From IMG/VR virus record IMGVR_UViG_3300032225_001816, positions 1 through 53,165 of that record: 53,165 nt of DNA; one strand, given 5' to 3'. The notes under the pieces were generated by a model. That model saw only the letters and a list, made by a program, of their open reading frames with translations, was not told where the DNA came from and searched no databases. Source of the stretch: a virus (lineage: Duplodnaviria; Caudoviricetes). The translations under genes were made by a program, and so were the position numbers. This document shows positions 39,322 to 48,064 of this stretch, one piece after another; the stretch's first letter is position 1; each line of letters begins with the position of its first letter.

Positions 39322-40668
39322 ATGAAACAATTATTTAATTTATTAATTTTATCTATCTTTACAATAGGTGGAGTTAATGCTCAATCATTAAGGACTAAAA
39401 ATTTAGGTCCAAAAGTAAATTCAATACACCATGAAATTAGACCTATAGTGTCTGAAGATGGTGGTGTATTATTTTTTACTGTAGAAGGTAATCCAAAAAA
39501 CAGAAAAGGACAAGACATCTGGATGTCAATAAGAACAGACAGTGGATGGAGAGAAGCTGAAAGATTACCTGACTACATTAATAGCCAAAAATATAATGGT
39601 GTATATTGGTGCTCACCAGATGGTAGAAGATTATTATTACGTGGTACATACCAAGACAATACTCGTGGCTTTTCTATGACTGAAAGAAGAGATGGTAGAT
39701 GGGTAATACCAAGTCCAATAACTGTAAAAGATTATAGCAATATGTCTCGTGGTATATATACTGGTGCTACTTTATCACCTGATGAAAAAACATTAATAAT
39801 GTATTTCTCAGATGAAACAAATAGTGATATAAATGATTTATGGATTAGTAAATTAGATTCAACCACAGGTGAATACTCAACTCCAGTTAAATTAAATATT
39901 AGTAGAGAAGATGATGATGAAATTAGTCCATATATTTCACCTGATAATAAAACATTATTCTTCGCTTCAGATAGAAGAGGTGGATTTGGTAGCTTTGATA
40001 TTTGGATGACTAAAAGATTAGATTCAACATGGATGAATTGGTCTGATCCTGTAAATATAGGAGCTCCATTTAACACTAGAGGTTGGGATGCTTATTTCTC
40101 AATTGGTGATAATGGATTGATTGGTTATTCATCATCAAATCGTAAACACAGTTTACCAAGTGATTGTGGTGGTGCTGATATTGTGAGTGATACTTTAGCT
40201 GATTGGTTACAACCAGAAAAACCAGTTGAACCAATTCATGATACTGTTTATATCTACATTCACGATACAACTACTATTACTATTCCTTGTAATTCATTAG
40301 ATACAATGAATAATGAGCAGTTAAAAGAAAAATTAAAGCATGGCAGAATATTATTTGATTTTGGTAGATCAGATTTAAGAAGCGATGCTTATACTACATT
40401 AGATATAGTAGCTGAATTGATGAAGAGAAATCCTAATATGACTATAGAAGTAGGTGGCAACACAGACGCAATAGGTGTTAGTATTAGAAACCAGAAACAA
40501 TCAGATGAACGTGCTCAATCAGCTAAGAGTTACTTAATATCTAAAGGTATAAGTAATAATAGAATAGCTGCTAAAGGATATTCAAACACTAGACCAGTGG
40601 CAAATAATAAAACAGACGAGGGTCGTCAGTTGAATAGACGTGTTGATATAATAGTGATAAGTGAATAA
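39322..40668 (+). CDS. PD40 beta-propeller plus OmpA_C peptidoglycan-binding protein (PorE-like, lacking TPR and lipobox)
   Basis: SPDNKTLFFASDRRGGFGSFDIW repeats; ILFDFG..GNTD..N..SDERA..GY...N.T.EGRQLNRRV. Confidence 0.85.
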   Translation: MKQLFNLLILSIFTIGGVNAQSLRTKNLGPKVNSIHHEIRPIVSEDGGVLFFTVEGNPKNRKGQDIWMSIRTDSGWREAERLPDYINSQKYNGVYWCSPDGRRLLLRGTYQDNTRGFSMTERRDGRWVIPSPITVKDYSNMSRGIYTGATLSPDEKTLIMYFSDETNSDINDLWISKLDSTTGEYSTPVKLNISREDDDEISPYISPDNKTLFFASDRRGGFGSFDIWMTKRLDSTWMNWSDPVNIGAPFNTRGWDAYFSIGDNGLIGYSSSNRKHSLPSDCGGADIVSDTLADWLQPEKPVEPIHDTVYIYIHDTTTITIPCNSLDTMNNEQLKEKLKHGRILFDFGRSDLRSDAYTTLDIVAELMKRNPNMTIEVGGNTDAIGVSIRNQKQSDERAQSAKSYLISKGISNNRIAAKGYSNTRPVANNKTDEGRQLNRRVDIIVISE

Positions 40669-40741
40669 AGTAGCTTTTGGAGGGCAAAATCTAGATTGTA
40701 TCTTCATCGTGTTAAAAAATTAAAACCAAAAACAATAAGTT

Positions 40742-41530
40742 ATGTCACAAGAATTAAACACGAATGCAGTAATGAGTAATAATAATTACTCACTTGATCA
40801 GATTAGAATGATGGCCCCATCAGTATTCACTACTGAAAAAGCCGCTCACTTAACAGACAAATACATCCAAACACCAACATCACGTGTGGTTGAGGATTTG
40901 ATGGCTCTAGGTTGGCAAGTAACTAAAGCACAAGAAGTTAAGTCGCGTAAATATAAAGGGTTCCAAAAACACATTGTCGTATTTAGACACCCAGACATTC
41001 AAATTAAGGGTAAAAATGGTGATGATGCGTTTCCACAGATCCTATTAACAAATAGCCATGATGGTAAAGCGGCATTTAACTTTAGAGTAGGTATATTTCG
41101 TCTTGTATGTAGTAATGGATTGGTTGTTAGTGATGCTGATTTTAATAATGTGAGCATCCGCCATATGAATTACACATTCGAATCATTACAAGCGAAAGTA
41201 AATGAGGTAATTGAGAAGTTACCTGGATTGGTACAGAAGATTAATCTGTTTAAATCAACCAAGTTAACTGAAGATCAAATGACTGAGTTTGCTTATAAAG
41301 CAGCTACACTCAGAACCAAAGCTAGAGTTAATGCAATGGAATTGCTTGAAGCAACTCGTAATGAAGACCAAGGTAATGATTTGTGGGCTGTATTTAACAG
41401 AGTACAAGAGAAAATACTTGGTGGTTCATTCAGAAGCGGTAAGCGTAAATCACGTTCAGTAACATCGTTCCAAAAGGACATTGAGATTAATGAGCAACTG
41501 TTTGAATTAGCTGGTTCATATTTAGGATAA
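40742..41530 (+). CDS. DUF932-family protein
   Basis: LLTNSHDG, GIFRLVCSNG, LWAVFNRVQE. Confidence 0.85.
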   Translation: MSQELNTNAVMSNNNYSLDQIRMMAPSVFTTEKAAHLTDKYIQTPTSRVVEDLMALGWQVTKAQEVKSRKYKGFQKHIVVFRHPDIQIKGKNGDDAFPQILLTNSHDGKAAFNFRVGIFRLVCSNGLVVSDADFNNVSIRHMNYTFESLQAKVNEVIEKLPGLVQKINLFKSTKLTEDQMTEFAYKAATLRTKARVNAMELLEATRNEDQGNDLWAVFNRVQEKILGGSFRSGKRKSRSVTSFQKDIEINEQLFELAGSYLG

Positions 41531-41537
41531 ATAAATT

Positions 41538-41555
41538 GGGGGAGGCAACTCCCCC
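41538..41555 (+). terminator. GC-rich hairpin with GCAA tetraloop overlapping a promoter motif
   Basis: GGGGGAG-GCAA-CTCCCCC then TTCTT. Confidence 0.6.
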
Positions 41556-41572
41556 TTCTTATATTTACGGTT

Positions 41573-42061
41573 ATGGAACAAATATACAAGTGCCCTAAAT
41601 GCGGCGAAAAAGAAAATTTACATTTTAATTACGATCTAACCCAACAACACAGACCAGTACTAGATGTCCTGTGTAATATGTGTGGAGAATTTTTTGATGG
41701 TAACATGCCTGTAGCTGAGTTAATAGTTAAAAATAAGATAAAGAAACTAACTGAAGAAGAATGGGTAGCATTAAATAATACTGTACCACCAAAACAAGAA
41801 TATCCTGAATTAGAAGGAACACTAGCTATTTGTAACGAAATTATTAATAAAGGAGAAATGAATAAAGGAAAATTATTTAAAACAGGATGGGATAATTGGT
41901 TATTAAAAGTAAATGGCGTATCATATCCAATTCATGAGCAACATTCTTTTTGGTTAACAATATGGGGTGAAGAAGGGATGGAATTAAACTTTGAAAGGCA
42001 AGGTAGTGAAGTTATCTTAAAGGCAAACGGACCAGATACACACGAATACACTCAAGATTAA
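41573..42061 (+). CDS. Zn-ribbon hypothetical protein
   Basis: CPKCG..CNMCG. Confidence 0.6.
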   Translation: MEQIYKCPKCGEKENLHFNYDLTQQHRPVLDVLCNMCGEFFDGNMPVAELIVKNKIKKLTEEEWVALNNTVPPKQEYPELEGTLAICNEIINKGEMNKGKLFKTGWDNWLLKVNGVSYPIHEQHSFWLTIWGEEGMELNFERQGSEVILKANGPDTHEYTQD

Positions 42062-42064
42062 GTT

Positions 42065-42229
42065 ATGATAACAAATGAAAATCTTAGTATTACACCACCA
42101 AATGTGATTTTGGATTGTGGAAACGCTCAAATAGTTTTTGATAAACAGGAGATACAGTTAGATGATATTCTTGATGTTTATATTAAACTTAAAAATTATT
42201 TAAACACATTTGATAGTGTGTATGTATAA
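42065..42229 (+). CDS. Small hypothetical protein (54 aa, not in ORF track)
   Basis: AAGTT-ATG start like neighbours; motif at 41997 upstream. Confidence 0.45.
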   Translation: MITNENLSITPPNVILDCGNAQIVFDKQEIQLDDILDVYIKLKNYLNTFDSVYV

Positions 42230-42246
42230 ATAACTAAAACAAAGTT

Positions 42247-42534
42247 ATGAAGAAAAATAAAGACGATATCATTGTTGAAACGATGATTAATAAAATGTTT
42301 GAACTAGCAGGTCATCAGGTAACATATAACGACATTATAGGTCGAACTGATAATTGGTATCAGCAATGGACTATGACTGAAGCTCAAAACAAAGAGTGGA
42401 GAGATTGGGGTATAAAATACCTTAAAAAACAGAAAGGTTTATATAAGCATTACGCTGAAAGACAAATGGCTATGTTTGATTTAATGTATGGATTAAAATT
42501 AGAACAACAATTAGAAACAAATAAAACAATATAA
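42247..42534 (+). CDS. Hypothetical protein
   Basis: ORF with AAGTTATG start context. Confidence 0.65.
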   Translation: MKKNKDDIIVETMINKMFELAGHQVTYNDIIGRTDNWYQQWTMTEAQNKEWRDWGIKYLKKQKGLYKHYAERQMAMFDLMYGLKLEQQLETNKTI

Positions 42535-42536
42535 CA

Positions 42537-42827
42537 ATGGCAAGAGCTAAAAAAACAATCGTACAGGAATTTAAGGAATTGATTGATGCAACTCCTAAAG
42601 CAAAAACATTAACTGAAACTCAGTTTAAAACACTTGAAAAAATCTATGAAAAATTGTCAGATGTAAGACGTGGTTTGGGTGGATTAGAAGGTGAAGAAAA
42701 TGTTAGTACAATTATGTTTAAAGTAGGATCAGTATTTAATAATGCTGATTGGTGTGAAGATGAAATAAGAGATATTATTAATTCATTTGATGAAGATGAA
42801 TGTGATAATTGTGATGACAATTTTTAA
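42537..42827 (+). CDS. Hypothetical protein
   Basis: ORF, acidic C-terminus. Confidence 0.6.
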   Translation: MARAKKTIVQEFKELIDATPKAKTLTETQFKTLEKIYEKLSDVRRGLGGLEGEENVSTIMFKVGSVFNNADWCEDEIRDIINSFDEDECDNCDDNF

Positions 42828-42855
42828 GGCAAAACAATAATCGTACATTCACGTT

Positions 42856-43419
42856 ATGAAAATATTTAAAGGTAAAAAACGTAAATACATTCACACTAGA
42901 GATATTCATTTAAAGGATATTCGCGCTATATTTTTTCCAAAGAATTTCCATGAAAAGTATCAATACTTAGGTTCAATACCTTGGAATGAAGATGGAGATA
43001 TATTTAAAGCAATGGAACCGCTAGTAATCTTCATGGACTATAAAGCCAAACCTAAATGGTGTCCAAGGTGGTTTCTTAGATTTTTACAGCTATTTGGAAA
43101 TGATAATTCAATTGTAAGAGTTAGGAATAGACGTTTAAGTAATTTAAAACGCAAACTAACTAAAGGTATCCAACTCACTGATTACAAAACCAAGTGGTAT
43201 GACTACGATTTGAGAATATCAATTAGTGGTACTGATCAAATGATAGATTTGTCTGATGCTATTGAATGGAAGTACTTTAATAAAGGACGTAGACAATCAC
43301 TAGCAGAACAAATCAAAGAATTAGACCCAAACACTAAGTATCATGCTGGATACGATACTGATTCATTAAAAGAAGAATTAAATAGATTAGAAGATGGAAC
43401 AGGAGAGACTGATAGTTAA
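42856..43419 (+). CDS. Hypothetical protein
   Basis: ORF just after a promoter motif. Confidence 0.7.
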   Translation: MKIFKGKKRKYIHTRDIHLKDIRAIFFPKNFHEKYQYLGSIPWNEDGDIFKAMEPLVIFMDYKAKPKWCPRWFLRFLQLFGNDNSIVRVRNRRLSNLKRKLTKGIQLTDYKTKWYDYDLRISISGTDQMIDLSDAIEWKYFNKGRRQSLAEQIKELDPNTKYHAGYDTDSLKEELNRLEDGTGETDS

Positions 43420-43591
43420 ATTTAATGGTGGTAGAGGAGCTATTCTCTGCTCAGGATGTAGAAGAATTATTAAGGAAGGATCTGAGTTTACTCCTGAAGA
43501 AACACAATACATTAGAGGAGAGATAGACTACCTACCAATACAATTTTGTGAACAATGTAAATTAAAACAAGATGATGACATCAATGGATAA
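43394..43591 (+). CDS. Small Zn-binding hypothetical protein
   Basis: KFNGGRGAILCSGC...CEQC. Confidence 0.6.
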   Translation: MEQERLIVKFNGGRGAILCSGCRRIIKEGSEFTPEETQYIRGEIDYLPIQFCEQCKLKQDDDING

Positions 43592-43796
43592 AGCACAAGC
43601 GCTTTATACTCGAGCATATAGTAGATGGTGTTTTGAATTATCACACGAGAAGAATTATATAACTGCTAAAGATATTGCTATCAATATTTGTAATGAAGTG
43701 TTGGGAGATATGGGAGCAGATAGAGGATATGAGTTTTGGACTGAAGTAAAAAATATTCTTAATCAATCTAATCATCAGGAATTATATAAAAGATAA
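43572..43796 (+). CDS. Hypothetical protein
   Basis: ORF tiling. Confidence 0.55.
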   Translation: MMTSMDKAQALYTRAYSRWCFELSHEKNYITAKDIAINICNEVLGDMGADRGYEFWTEVKNILNQSNHQELYKR

Positions 43797-43836
43797 GTTA
43801 TGGCTAGGTCGTATATTCAATTCAAATAAATAAGTT

Positions 43837-44394
43837 ATGAAGATATTAGTAATACATCCAAAAGACAACACAACGGATTTTTTAATTCCGATTTACATGA
43901 ATTTAAAATCATTTCCTGATTTTGATGATGTAACAATCATTAGAGGTGGAAGTAAAGAGGAAGTTGATGAACAAATTCAATTACACGATCGTATTATGAT
44001 GATGGGTCACGGTTCACCACAAGGATTATTCGCTGTAGGGCAATTTGGAATGCAAGGAATGATTATTGGTCATTCTACAGTTCCATTATTAGAAAATAAA
44101 GAATGTATATTCATTTGGTGTAACGCAGATAAATTTGTTGAAAGATATAATTTAAAAGGTTTATACAGTGGAATGTTTATATCAGAGGTAAGTGAAGCAT
44201 ATGGATGTGGACTACCAGGCACACCACAAGAAGTGGTTGATGAATCGAATGATTTCTTCGCTGCTGAATTTGGATTAGTATCAGATAAACCACTAACTGA
44301 AATATATAATACAGTAAAATACAACTACAATATACTAGCTGAAAATAATCCAATAGCAGAGTATAACTCAGAGCGTTTATATTTAAACTCGTAA
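43837..44394 (+). CDS. Hypothetical protein, possible His-Cys (clan CD-like) peptidase
   Basis: MMMGHGS ... IFIWCNA. Confidence 0.45.
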   Translation: MKILVIHPKDNTTDFLIPIYMNLKSFPDFDDVTIIRGGSKEEVDEQIQLHDRIMMMGHGSPQGLFAVGQFGMQGMIIGHSTVPLLENKECIFIWCNADKFVERYNLKGLYSGMFISEVSEAYGCGLPGTPQEVVDESNDFFAAEFGLVSDKPLTEIYNTVKYNYNILAENNPIAEYNSERLYLNS

Positions 44395-44413
44395 TCAAAA
44401 ACCAAAAACATAA

Positions 44414-44602
44414 ATGGCAATCCAAACCAAGGACGACGCACAATCTAAAGCAGACAAACGAATAGATAGAAACCTATTCAAACCGGCAAAACCAAAGAAG
44501 TATATTCCATTAATAGAAAGAAAGTTTAGTGATTTAGTGTCATTAGAAGATCAATTGAAATGGGTTGAATTGAAGAAAAAACAAAAAGATAAAGAAATAT
44601 GA
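44414..44602 (+). CDS. Hypothetical basic protein
   Basis: ORF. Confidence 0.5.
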   Translation: MAIQTKDDAQSKADKRIDRNLFKPAKPKKYIPLIERKFSDLVSLEDQLKWVELKKKQKDKEI

Positions 44603-44871
44603 TTACCATTATACTAGCAGGAGTACTTGGATTAACAATTCTATTCCTATTGATAGCTCATCTTCATATTCATAAATTACAACAACAAGTTAATTTATTA
44701 GATAAAGAACAACATGTTCAAAATAAGGAAATAATGGAGTTAATGAAAAATAATATGCAGCATGGAGAAATGCTTCTTCAACACATTGAAATACTTAAAT
44801 ACTTGGTTGAGCAAGACCCCAAACTAAATTCAAGTAAACTATACTTCACAGGACCTGTAGGAGAGGCATAG
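44599..44871 (+). CDS. Membrane-anchored hypothetical protein
   Basis: N-terminal TM helix then coiled coil. Confidence 0.6.
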   Translation: MITIILAGVLGLTILFLLIAHLHIHKLQQQVNLLDKEQHVQNKEIMELMKNNMQHGEMLLQHIEILKYLVEQDPKLNSSKLYFTGPVGEA

Positions 44872-44903
44872 TACGTTATATTTATGATTAAAAATTAAAA
44901 AAC

Positions 44904-45071
44904 ATGTCAGCACAAACAGAAATGAAAGTAATTAGCGTCTTATTAGACGAAGCAATGAATGAAGGTTTAGAAGTAGAGGTTATCTATTCTGCTTTGAAAT
45001 ATATGAGAGAAGAAGAAACAATGACTCCATCTCAAGCATTTCAAGAAGCAATGAATGAATGGATAAAATAA
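44904..45071 (+). CDS. Small hypothetical protein (55 aa, not in ORF track)
   Basis: MSAQTEMKVISVLLDEAMNEGLEVEVIYSALKYM...EWIK; ATATTTAT upstream. Confidence 0.6.
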   Translation: MSAQTEMKVISVLLDEAMNEGLEVEVIYSALKYMREEETMTPSQAFQEAMNEWIK

Positions 45072-45144
45072 CGATTTTGATTTTTGGTTATAATAGATGG
45101 GTAAGGCAAAATGCTTTACCTATCTTTATTTCAAATAAAAAGTT

Positions 45145-45555
45145 ATGAACAAAGAATTTATCCCTTACAAACAAGCATTAGAACTTAAAGAACTTGGGTT
45201 TGATGAACCTTGTTTAGCATTTTACGATGGTAAAGAAACTAACCAAGTCTATTATAATAGTATAAGAAATGGGTCGGCTGATTATGAACCATTTAAAAAT
45301 AACGAAAGGCTTAAATGGTTTGGAGCACCCCTATACCAACAAGCATTTAGATGGTTTAGAGAGAAGTATAACATCCTTGCAACAGTATACTCTAATGCAT
45401 CAGGTTATCTGTATGAATGGAGTGACAATGTAGGTGGTACTAATAGAGGTTGGTCTGATTATGAAGGACCAAATGATAGTGGTGTATGGGATACCTACGA
45501 AGAAGCAGAACTTGCTTGTTTAAATAGGTTGATTGAAATAGTAAAGGCAAAATAA
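45145..45555 (+). CDS. Hypothetical phage protein
   Basis: EFIPY.QALELKELGFDEPC...APLYQQAFRWFREKY...TYEEAE. Confidence 0.7.
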   Translation: MNKEFIPYKQALELKELGFDEPCLAFYDGKETNQVYYNSIRNGSADYEPFKNNERLKWFGAPLYQQAFRWFREKYNILATVYSNASGYLYEWSDNVGGTNRGWSDYEGPNDSGVWDTYEEAELACLNRLIEIVKAK

Positions 45556-45592
45556 TAATCGTACATTCACGTTAACCAAAAATAAATAAGTT

Positions 45593-46399
45593 ATGAAAAA
45601 AAGAGGCAGACCACCATTAAACAACGTTACACACGTTCCTTCATTAATCGATTTCGGACAAATCACAATGCTCAATCAGTTAAACATTGACCAACGAATG
45701 TTGGAATCAATGGAAACAGAAAGCGAAGTAATTAATCAACTATTCAGTGAGGAAGGAGGCATTCCATGTGCATCAAATTACATGATGATTGGAGATCCTG
45801 GTGTAGGTAAAACTACAGTATTACTTGATGTAGTTGCTATGGTTCAGAACTATAATCTACAACGCAAATGTTTGTTCATTAGTGGTGAGATGGGACGTAA
45901 GCAAATGTTCAAATACACAGAGCGTTTCCCGCAGTTCGGATTTATTAAAACACTATTCATGGCTGATTATCTTGAATACAACACTAAAGATGTGTTTGAG
46001 CAAATATTAGCACAAGGATGGGATTTGATTCTAATTGATAGTGCTGCTGAAATTATTGATGGTGTTAGAGATGATAATAACTGGGATAGAAAAACTGCTG
46101 AAGCATGGTTTGTTGACATATGCATCAAGCATAATAAGGGTGAGAATAGAGAAAGAAAATATACATCGTTTTTAGCTATTCAGCAAGTGACTAAACAAGG
46201 CGAATTCGTAGGTAGCAACAAACTAAAACACCTTTTTGATGCAATGGGAGAGATGCGTCGTGAGTCTGATCGTAACGGAGGAGGTACATACATTACATTT
46301 ACTAAGAATAGAAACGGAAATGTAGGTATTAAGTTTAGTTACCAATTAGAGAATGGAAACATATCTTATGGTGTAATGAATGAAGAAGTAGATGCTTAG
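45593..46399 (+). CDS. RecA-superfamily ATPase (RadA/Sms-like) with N-terminal AT-hook
   Basis: KKRGRPP; GDPGVGKT, ISGE, LIDS, QVTKQGEFVGSNKLKH..D, KNRNG. Confidence 0.8.
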   Translation: MKKRGRPPLNNVTHVPSLIDFGQITMLNQLNIDQRMLESMETESEVINQLFSEEGGIPCASNYMMIGDPGVGKTTVLLDVVAMVQNYNLQRKCLFISGEMGRKQMFKYTERFPQFGFIKTLFMADYLEYNTKDVFEQILAQGWDLILIDSAAEIIDGVRDDNNWDRKTAEAWFVDICIKHNKGENRERKYTSFLAIQQVTKQGEFVGSNKLKHLFDAMGEMRRESDRNGGGTYITFTKNRNGNVGIKFSYQLENGNISYGVMNEEVDA

Positions 46400-46442
46400 G
46401 CACTACTTCTTTTGTACATTCACATCACACAAATAATTAGTT

Positions 46443-46643
46443 ATGACACAAGAACAAATAGAACAACGCATTAGAGATTTATTAACAGCAGAAGGTGATA
46501 TATCAATTGGTTATATAGACGGATACATTGATTGTATATTATCTTATAGTTCATTTGAAGATTATAATGGTATAACAGATGAAGCTATTCTCAATGATTG
46601 GTCTGAATGGATGGATGAAGATGGGGAGTGGAAGGCAAAATAA
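46443..46643 (+). CDS. Small acidic hypothetical protein
   Basis: ORF between two promoter motifs. Confidence 0.55.
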   Translation: MTQEQIEQRIRDLLTAEGDISIGYIDGYIDCILSYSSFEDYNGITDEAILNDWSEWMDEDGEWKAK

Positions 46644-46665
46644 CAAGCGTATATTCACATTATAA

Positions 46666-46780
46666 AGTTAGGTGGCGAAATAGAGCAGACGCACCGTGCC
46701 GAAAGCCCCCGCAATAAAGAACGGCAATACGGAGAGAGCATTGGGCGACTTTCATACAGGTTCAAGTCCTGTCCTAACTA
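46666..46780 (+). ncRNA. tRNA-like RNA with an expanded structured insert replacing the anticodon arm
   Basis: Acceptor AGTTAGG/CCTAACT, D arm GCG..CGC, T arm ACAGG-TTCAAGT-CCTGT; starts just after the motif at 46634. Confidence 0.7.
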
Positions 46781-46794
46781 CAAAAATAAACGTT

Positions 46795-47085
46795 ATGCAA
46801 AGTATTTACAAATCACCACTAGGACTCTCAGTTGAAAAGTATGATTGGGATAAGAACTTCACCATTACAGGTAAGTTACTCAAATCAATGACAATGAAGG
46901 AATTTGATGGCGCTTACGAAGTAGAAGATTTTATACAAGCAAAAATCAACTGCAAAGGAATAGAATTTGATAGTGAATATTGTCAGTTTTTTGCATATGC
47001 AAAGACTAAAACACGTGCACTTAGTTTTGTTAAGGAAATAGAAGATTATTTCGTTAGGGTAAGAGAGATGTTGACGGCAAAATAA
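46795..47085 (+). CDS. Hypothetical protein
   Basis: Start placed at ATG 46795, downstream of the tRNA-like RNA. Confidence 0.65.
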   Translation: MQSIYKSPLGLSVEKYDWDKNFTITGKLLKSMTMKEFDGAYEVEDFIQAKINCKGIEFDSEYCQFFAYAKTKTRALSFVKEIEDYFVRVREMLTAK

Positions 47086-47136
47086 AAATCGTACATTCAC
47101 GTTATACAAATAATTAAAAACCAAAAACAAATCGTT

Positions 47137-47454
47137 ATGACAAAGCAATCAACAATCGAGTTATTAGAAAAACAATTACCTGGATTTTATTCAGTAGAAC
47201 AAGTTATTAAACTAATTAATGACATTGAAGAATCAGATTCATTTGAAATTACAGATGAAATGGTTAATTCATTAAGTAGTAATATTTCTGAAGCGCTTGA
47301 AAATGAAGGAACAGATCTTATTGATGATTATGATTTGAGTATGAATTATAAAGAAGTTGAATTAGATAGTATTAGTCTTAATGAAGGTAGAATTAGAGCA
47401 GCAGTTAAAGATGCTATTGAAGAATATATTGATTACAATAAAGCAGATGCCTAA
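47137..47454 (+). CDS. Acidic hypothetical protein
   Basis: ORF between motifs. Confidence 0.65.
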   Translation: MTKQSTIELLEKQLPGFYSVEQVIKLINDIEESDSFEITDEMVNSLSSNISEALENEGTDLIDDYDLSMNYKEVELDSISLNEGRIRAAVKDAIEEYIDYNKADA

Positions 47455-47497
47455 CGGCACTGCTTCCTACGTATATTCACTTTATAAATAAAAGATT

Positions 47498-47782
47498 ATG
47501 AAAAAAATAATCACAACAGCCGCTATAATGTTTTATATTGTAAGTGGTAAGGCACAAACAAGAAATTACATTGAAAAGGATACAATTGAAATATTAACCT
47601 ACGATTCATTAGGAAATGAATATCACTACAATCCACCCCATTATCTTATTAGGCGAGTTGAAGTAGGAGATCCAGCATACTGGAAACGCAAACACAAACG
47701 TGATAGGAGATGGAGTAGAATTAGTTTAGGTTTGTTCGTTATAGGAACAACAACAATATTTTTAATAACCAAAATAAAATAA
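47498..47782 (+). CDS. Membrane protein (signal peptide plus C-terminal TM)
   Basis: Hydrophobic ends. Confidence 0.55.
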   Translation: MKKIITTAAIMFYIVSGKAQTRNYIEKDTIEILTYDSLGNEYHYNPPHYLIRRVEVGDPAYWKRKHKRDRRWSRISLGLFVIGTTTIFLITKIK

Positions 47783-47783
47783 T

Positions 47784-48041
47784 ATGGCTGAATTTAGTAA
47801 ACAATTTTGTGAAACACACGACATGGGTTTTGATGGTGACTTTGATGTATATGAAGAATGGTCTAAATTAACACCTGGCTACGCAGTAGCTTATATATGT
47901 GAAGGATTTGGTTTTAGTATGATTGGTAAGAAAGAACATAGTGATGATGTGATTGTGTATATGAATGATTATAATAATCCTGAGAATAGTAAATGGGTTA
48001 ATTTTGATGATTTAGTTTTGAAGGCAAAATCAGAAGCGTAA
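47784..48041 (+). CDS. Hypothetical protein
   Basis: MAEFSKQFCE...ICEGFG. Confidence 0.6.
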   Translation: MAEFSKQFCETHDMGFDGDFDVYEEWSKLTPGYAVAYICEGFGFSMIGKKEHSDDVIVYMNDYNNPENSKWVNFDDLVLKAKSEA

Positions 48042-48064
48042 ATTAATGTTATAAAATTAAAAAT

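Larger units (their letters stand above)
5359..44885 (+). promoter_or_regulatory. Dispersed RTATTTAT motif, putative late promoter class (individual sites, not a continuous feature)
   Basis: Sites at 5359, 22552, 23117, 26412, 27558, 29558, 31192, 37623, 38279, 44878, each shortly upstream of a start codon. Confidence 0.55.

Noticed and set aside
44865-44885. GGCA motif copy at 44865
   Set aside because: Spacing to the TATATTTA box is 8 nt rather than 12; counted with the RTATTTAT class instead
46696-46794. N-terminal extension of ORF 46696..47085
   Set aside because: Overlaps the tRNA-like RNA; ATG 46795 has the usual GTTATG context
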